Below the pieces are notes generated by a model. It was not told the origin of the DNA, searched no databases, and saw nothing but the letters and a program-made list of their open reading frames with translations. Shown here piece after piece: positions 8,436-13,079 of a DNA stretch of 13,079 nt. Position 1 is the stretch's first letter. The number at the start of each line of letters is the position of its first letter. The translations under genes were made by a program, and so were the position numbers. The stretch is from Oopsacas minuta (lineage: Eukaryota; Animalia; Porifera): assembly GCA_024704765.1 (NCBI GenBank), contig JAKMXF010000148.1:1-13079 (forward strand), written 5' to 3'.

Positions 8436-9284
8436 TCAAAAAATATGGAGAAAATGTTCACCTGTAACACAAACTACAATAACTCTTCCTCTGTTATCTA
8501 CTGTAATACCGGTAGGAGCAGCTATAGATATCTTGTATATGAAATCAAATTGAGAGTCGAAAATATAACTAGAGTTAGAAGTAAAATCTGGAATAAGAAT
8601 ATTGTTAGAATTGTCAATATAGAAGAAATATGGATAAATCGCTTGCAATCCATCTCCTTTAGATATAATACTCTTATGTAGAATAAGATTATAGTTGTAC
8701 AGATGAAGACAAGGATTAGATCGATCAAGAATATAAATGTATTCTTTTGTAAGTTTAACATCAAGAGGGTATTTGAGGTTATCTTGTCCAAACTGTGTCT
8801 TGTAGGTAAGTTCCTTGGACAGTATCTGAATACGAGTATTGGTAGAATCACTTATGTATACTTCTCCGTTAGATTCATCGAATGTCATACCACGAGGATA
8901 ATCAAATTCCAATTCTCCTTGACCCAGTTTCCCTATTCTGGAAACAAACTCTCCATTCAGTTGATAATTCAGAATACAGCTGCTACTTTGTGAAATTAGA
9001 ATTCTATCTCTAGATATAGCTAGCCCAATTGGACCATTCATCTCTCCTTCCCCTTCATCATCTCCAAATTTAAACATAATCTGACCATTACAATCGAATA
9101 CTTTCACACAATTATTCCCAGAATCTGCTACATAGATCTCTCCTGTAGAATTATCAATAGTCACTCCATTTGGGTTATTAAGATTTTTTAGCCCCCTTCC
9201 CCATTTACAAACACTGACTATAGGTTGTATCTTGCTCTTATAGTCTACAGAGAATATTCTCTCTAAAGTATTAGCTGTAGCCAT
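8436..9284 (-). CDS. Stand-alone NHL-repeat protein, 282 aa; inverted paralog of 3874-4725
   Basis: Intact ORF from ATG 9284 (MATANT) with the same NHL motifs. 66 substitutions plus one 1-codon indel relative to gene 1 (~76% aa identity, manual count). Confidence 0.9.
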   Translation of the reverse strand: MATANTLERIFSVDYKSKIQPIVSVCKWGRGLKNLNNPNGVTIDNSTGEIYVADSGNNCVKVFDCNGQIMFKFGDDEGEGEMNGPIGLAISRDRILISQSSSCILNYQLNGEFVSRIGKLGQGELEFDYPRGMTFDESNGEVYISDSTNTRIQILSKELTYKTQFGQDNLKYPLDVKLTKEYIYILDRSNPCLHLYNYNLILHKSIISKGDGLQAIYPYFFYIDNSNNILIPDFTSNSSYIFDSQFDFIYKISIAAPTGITVDNRGRVIVVCVTGEHFLHIF

Positions 9285-9455
9285 TAGTTCAGTTCTGTAA
9301 CTAGAATAATTAAACAATTCAAATAATATAACTTATCTATTTGACTATAAGTAATGAGCTCTAACTATAAATACAAATCAATACAGAGACCTATACAGAG
9401 AGATATCAAATTTCTATAATTATATGAATTTCAATAGAATACAGTATATTCTGCT
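9285..9455 (-). repeat. Upstream non-coding flank of NHL gene 2 (inverted copy of 3703-3873)
   Basis: 166/171 identical to 3703-3873. A weaker match extends to the shared AATGTCA near 9462-9468. Confidence 0.92.
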
Positions 9456-10121
9456 ATTCTTTGACATTCTCGTATTTAGAGAAGTTATTCTCAGGACCCT
9501 GGGGTCTTGATAGCAAAATCCCAAGATCCTAGTGTCCTAGCAATATTTCTGGGATCTCAAGGTTCCAGAGGTCTGTTGCATAGATTAGTGAGGCACGTAG
9601 AATATTGAGGCGCGTATACATAGACCATGGATGAATATCTACTGTAGAATATTGAGGCACGGCAACAGAAGGAGAAACTATATACAGAATATGTAGTCAT
9701 CATCATGCGGTTTTCTTTTATTAATAGTATTTACGTATTTCAATCATGACTTAAAATATACTTGTTTTTGCAACACATACAGTGAAATCTCATTAATTAT
9801 TATTACAAACACGGTCAATACGAATCTCCTGGTTAAGCAAGCAAGTAATTTTCTAAAATTTGGTCTTTCAATACTTTCCAACTGATTTCAGAATGGTTAA
9901 TACAAACTTTGGATTAGATAAAGGAGTTTTGATGTTTCTGACGTTCACAATTGGGAAGGTTTTACTGTAATGAACAAAATGTAACTTGTTATTACACGGT
10001 TAGAGTACAATCTTGTAATTTATGATATTACTCTACTAACACACAAAAACTTGATACTAGCACAAAATAATGACTAATTGTATTTTCTTCATTCTTGTAT
10101 ATTTGTTGATTCTTCTGAAGT

Positions 10122-10772
10122 TTAGCCATAAGTAGGTGTGGAACTCTCAATCATAGAAGTAACCGGCTCATAATGATTACAATAATTACAAATGTAAAGT
10201 GCGGTTGTTGGTTTCTTAGAGCCTCTGAGCAAGCTCCAGCGAACTTCCCGAGTTAAGTTGCCTTGATTTCCATAGCAGTTGTTTGCAACATACTCATCGA
10301 CGTCAAGAATATTAGACAATGATATTATTTCCACATTGCTACCCCAAGTTCCTTCTTGAGACACAAGATGTTCATTCATGAAGTGTTTACAAGGATTAGT
10401 TAATTTCTGTTTAAAATACCAACCAATTCTAGTTACTCCCTCACTGGCGATAAAGTATGCAATCGTAGAGCGAATTTCTAAGTGACTTGTCTGGTCACCA
10501 GTTAATATTTTAGAAATACTTCGGAAAAGACAGTCCCCATCACCGACTGTCCTTTCAGTTTCCCATGGTGTATATTTACTGAGTGACAGTCCGGCTAGGT
10601 TTTGTGGTTGCGTGATGGTGGATATAAACACCAGTCCCAGAAACTTGCATTTATCACGAAGCCATTCTTCATTGACCACAGATATGATTGGACTTGAATC
10701 AGTTAAAGGGATATAGGTAGAGATGTTTCCTGGGAATGTTTGCCACACCATCAAATTTAAGTACTCCATTGC
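10122..10772 (-). CDS. OTU-family cysteine protease (deubiquitinase-like) ORF or terminal exon
   Basis: GDGDCLFRS (Asp77 and Cys80 counting from ATG 10769; Cys codon 10530-10532), WGSNVEI, and NHYEPV (His199) form the OTU catalytic signature. A TTTAG acceptor immediately upstream (AG at 10774-10773) is in phase 0, so this may be an exon of a longer gene or element. Confidence 0.85.
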   Translation of the reverse strand, partial: AMEYLNLMVWQTFPGNISTYIPLTDSSPIISVVNEEWLRDKCKFLGLVFISTITQPQNLAGLSLSKYTPWETERTVGDGDCLFRSISKILTGDQTSHLEIRSTIAYFIASEGVTRIGWYFKQKLTNPCKHFMNEHLVSQEGTWGSNVEIISLSNILDVDEYVANNCYGNQGNLTREVRWSLLRGSKKPTTALYICNYCNHYEPVTSMIESSTPTYG

Positions 10773-11376
10773 CTAAACAGATTATCATTATAACTATTAC
10801 AACATGGATGTATATACTCTATGCTAAATGCAAATTTGGATCAACTACCTAGAAAGAACACTACTTTGTGTGTGTATTTTAATAGGAACAATGGTATTGC
10901 ATCTTTCAGAAAATCGAAATTGTAGCGTGGTAATCGATTGTAATCATAGGAAAATAGTAATCGGTTACAAAATTTCCTGTAATTGCAATCACTAATCAAC
11001 ACAAAGTTTGACTGACAAACACGTACATAACTATTGACTTACAGAGGTAAAACTATTTCATCTCTTCAGGAAGATAATTCAATTCCATAGCAAAGTTTCA
11101 AAACCCGTAATAAGTTTCAGAATTCGGAGGCATTAGGTTCGGACGCCAAAAACACATATGTTCTCCATTTTCAGTACCAGAATAGATACCTTCTTTCAGC
11201 ATACCGAATAAATGACGTACTAAGCAACAAAATATGTACAAAGAAATTAAATTGAAAAGAATTATAAAAAGCATATTCAGATAATGCGATTAGATAATAT
11301 TACAGTAGATTCTCGCTGATATGTCGTGGCCGTGGATGATAGCAAGTTGCTAGCGTTTGTTGTAAATTGGATCAGA

Positions 11377-11491
11377 TGTTTTGACAAAAATGGTCCCCCT
11401 ACAAAAATGGTCTAAGGGGACCATTTTTGTCAAATACCATGGATATTTGACATTTGACAAAAATAGTCCCCCGACCATTTTTGTCTAAACA
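11377..11491. repeat. Palindromic repeat cluster / MITE-like element built from (G)ACAAAAAT(G/A)GTC units
   Basis: Five units: forward at 11383, 11401 and 11456, reverse at 11419 and 11473. Perfect 19-bp inverted repeat 11380-11398/11416-11434. Outer ends 11377-11395 and 11473-11491 match 18/19. No TSD seen. Confidence 0.7.
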
Positions 11492-11797
11492 GGGTATAGC
11501 ATTCTAACTCAGGTCTTTTGTTTAAAAATCAACAGATTGTCACCAGCTTGTTATCGTCTTATTCAGGGTTCTAACTGTATTATTCTTCCACACAAGCGTA
11601 ATTTGTTGAAAATCAAGAATAGTATTGGATTGGAGAGCGAGTAAACTAAAATTATATGTTAGGTTGCTTCGGCATTCAATGATTTAGAGTGTCATGCCAT
11701 ACTTCAAATGGATGAAGTCCACATTCGTAGTGATGCGTCTTATAAGGAAAGAAAGGTAATCGGATCGATTGACAATCCTGATGATCCGCACACTACT
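11492..11797 (+). pseudogene. P-element (THAP9-like) transposase fragment
   Basis: One frame reads GYSILTQVFCLKINRLSPACYRLIQGSNCIILPHKRNLLKIK...*...*VASAFNDLECHAILQMDEVHIRSDASYKERKVIGSIDNPDDP. It matches the P-transposase motifs YS...SPxxYR...LPxxxxL and the first catalytic Asp (MDE). Stops at 11642-11644 and 11660-11662. Not in the ORF track. Confidence 0.8.
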
Positions 11798-13079
11798 ATG
11801 GCGCGTTGAGTATAACATCTGTTGCATTTGGTCTCTATCCAAATCGTAGATCTAGAAAGTTCTCTCTCGCTCTCCTTATCACAGCTGAGCTATTTATAGT
11901 AACAGGTTTCATCCTAGACATCTTGGGAGTATTGCATTATGTGGCGGTGTTTGGTGTCCTGGGTAACAGGCAATTCATCGTCCATATTGATACTATTGTT
12001 TATGATGCTATGTTGTTTGTTTACGGAATTATTTTGATTACCGCTACTTTTAGAAGGGTTGTTGTTGTTGTTGTTGTTGTTGTTGTTAACTTTATATAAC
12101 TCTTCACATCTTCTACAACTATCACTTTATTCATTTTTCATTTTTCATTTATTTAAATGTTTATATTATGTTGCATATAACACATACTTCACAACTAATG
12201 ATAAAGTACTCTGTGCTTGATGGGTATGGTGAAGGTGTTTACTGACTTATGCTGGTAAACACCTTCACTATACCCATCAAGCACATAGTACGTCTAATGC
12301 AAGGCGGGTTATGTTCGTGAAGTTAGTTTATTACCACTTTAGTTCTGCTAGAATATAAATATACTTTGGGAGATGATTCATAACAATTCATGGAGTAACC
12401 CGTGTGATCAATATTAATCATCTCCTTAGTTTAGTATGTAGATCAGATTGAATAAATATATAATAGAATGGAACTTAACTTGGGAATATTATCACAGTGG
12501 AATATGGGTGAAGTAGCACAAGCGTGCTTCAAAATAGTAACATCTATTGTATGCTGTAAGTATTGTTCAGTTATCACTTTTGTGTATATTTATTCAGCTC
12601 TATCTTATCTATTTATTACAAATTATACTGATGAGAATGAAGGCTTTTATCATACCGCGAAGATTGTGTATTTTACAATTAGTCCACTTCCTCTTGTTGT
12701 TTCTTGTCTTTCCTGTTGTGCGTGCTTTACGTCAATATCTGATAATATCACCGGAAGCTTAACGTGTCTGGGAATTACAAGTGTATTCGTAATTATCCAT
12801 CTAGTGATAGATATCATCCTGTTCATATTGACACAAAGCTCTAATGTACAATATCAAGTTACCTCTGTGACGTTGTTGGCTCTGCCATGTTTGATTGCTA
12901 TAAATATTCTTATTTTGATATGCTTCGGTCTATGCTGTGTGGGTCAGTGTAGTAGAACAATTAAATGTCAAGAGAGACGCTCTGAGTTGCCTTTTGAACG
13001 TAGTGAACTACCATTATATGCAGAGATACTTGCTAGAGTCCCAGCAAAAAATAAACGTCTACAGAAGCCTACACCCGTT
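11794..13079 (+). CDS. Spliced multi-pass membrane protein (about seven hydrophobic segments, GPCR-like topology); 5' end missing, runs off the window. Exons ~11794-12057, 12498-12555, 12598->13079
   Basis: GT-AG introns 12058-12497 (phase 0) and 12556-12597 (phase 1, GTAAGT...TTATTCAG) join in frame: ...LITATFRR|WNMGEVAQACFKIVTSIVCS|LSYLFITNY...ILILICFGLCCVGQC.... The frame is open to 13079. The track ORF 12547-12762 is a different frame. No family-specific motif recognised. Confidence 0.62.
12058..12087 (+). repeat. (GTT)10 microsatellite at the intron 5' end
   Basis: Ten perfect GTT units beginning at the splice donor. It explains the poly-Val tail of track ORF 11806-12099. Confidence 0.95.
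12206..12291 (+). other. 86-nt near-perfect hairpin in the intron (palindromic MITE or small-RNA precursor)
   Basis: 12206-12244 pairs with 12253-12291: a 39-bp stem with one C-U mismatch and three G-U pairs on the + strand, and an 8-nt loop ACTTATGC. Both ends are GTAC. Confidence 0.8.

Noticed and set aside
9589-9661. 18-bp direct repeat GTAGAATATTGAGGC(G/A)CG at 9597 and 9644, considered as CRISPR-like or regulatory
   Set aside because: Only two full units in a eukaryotic context with no cas genes. Most likely repeat debris.
9800-9965. Possible further exon downstream of OTU (TFPIVNVRNIKTPLSNPKF...)
   Set aside because: The OTU frame already ends at TAA 10122. The candidate has stops and frameshifts and no recognisable homology.
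11050-11200. Possible THAP-domain remnant (ICS-HF with a 2-nt deletion near 11157-11170)
   Set aside because: It needs several assumed indels, and the other THAP residues (CxxxxC, W) were not found.
815-11662. Alternative genetic code to explain the in-frame TAG/TGA/TAA codons
   Set aside because: All three stop types occur alongside frameshifts in decayed genes, and the intact ORFs terminate normally at TGA or TAA.

Overview
AT-rich, intron-containing animal DNA. The stand-alone NHL family suggests a glass sponge such as Oopsacas, but that is inference. From left to right: a pogo/Tigger-like MITE just upstream of an unprocessed WASP pseudogene (WH1, CRIB, proline-rich region, start of WH2; two in-frame stops, two apparent frameshifts, no C/A tail seen). 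Next come a 125-bp foldback element, a decayed NHL fragment and an unidentified coding relic. Two intact, single-exon, NHL-only genes (3874-4725 + and 8436-9284 -) then face each other across a complete 2241-bp Buster-type hAT transposon (15-bp TIRs, 8-bp TSD) and small Helitron-type elements. After these are an OTU cysteine-protease ORF, a P-element transposase fragment, and a spliced, probably 7-TM membrane gene whose intron holds a near-perfect 86-nt hairpin. The most notable signal is the NHL pair: about 97% identical in the upstream non-coding flank but only about 76% identical in protein, with replacements concentrated in loops predicted to form the ligand-binding top face of the propeller. 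All counts are manual.
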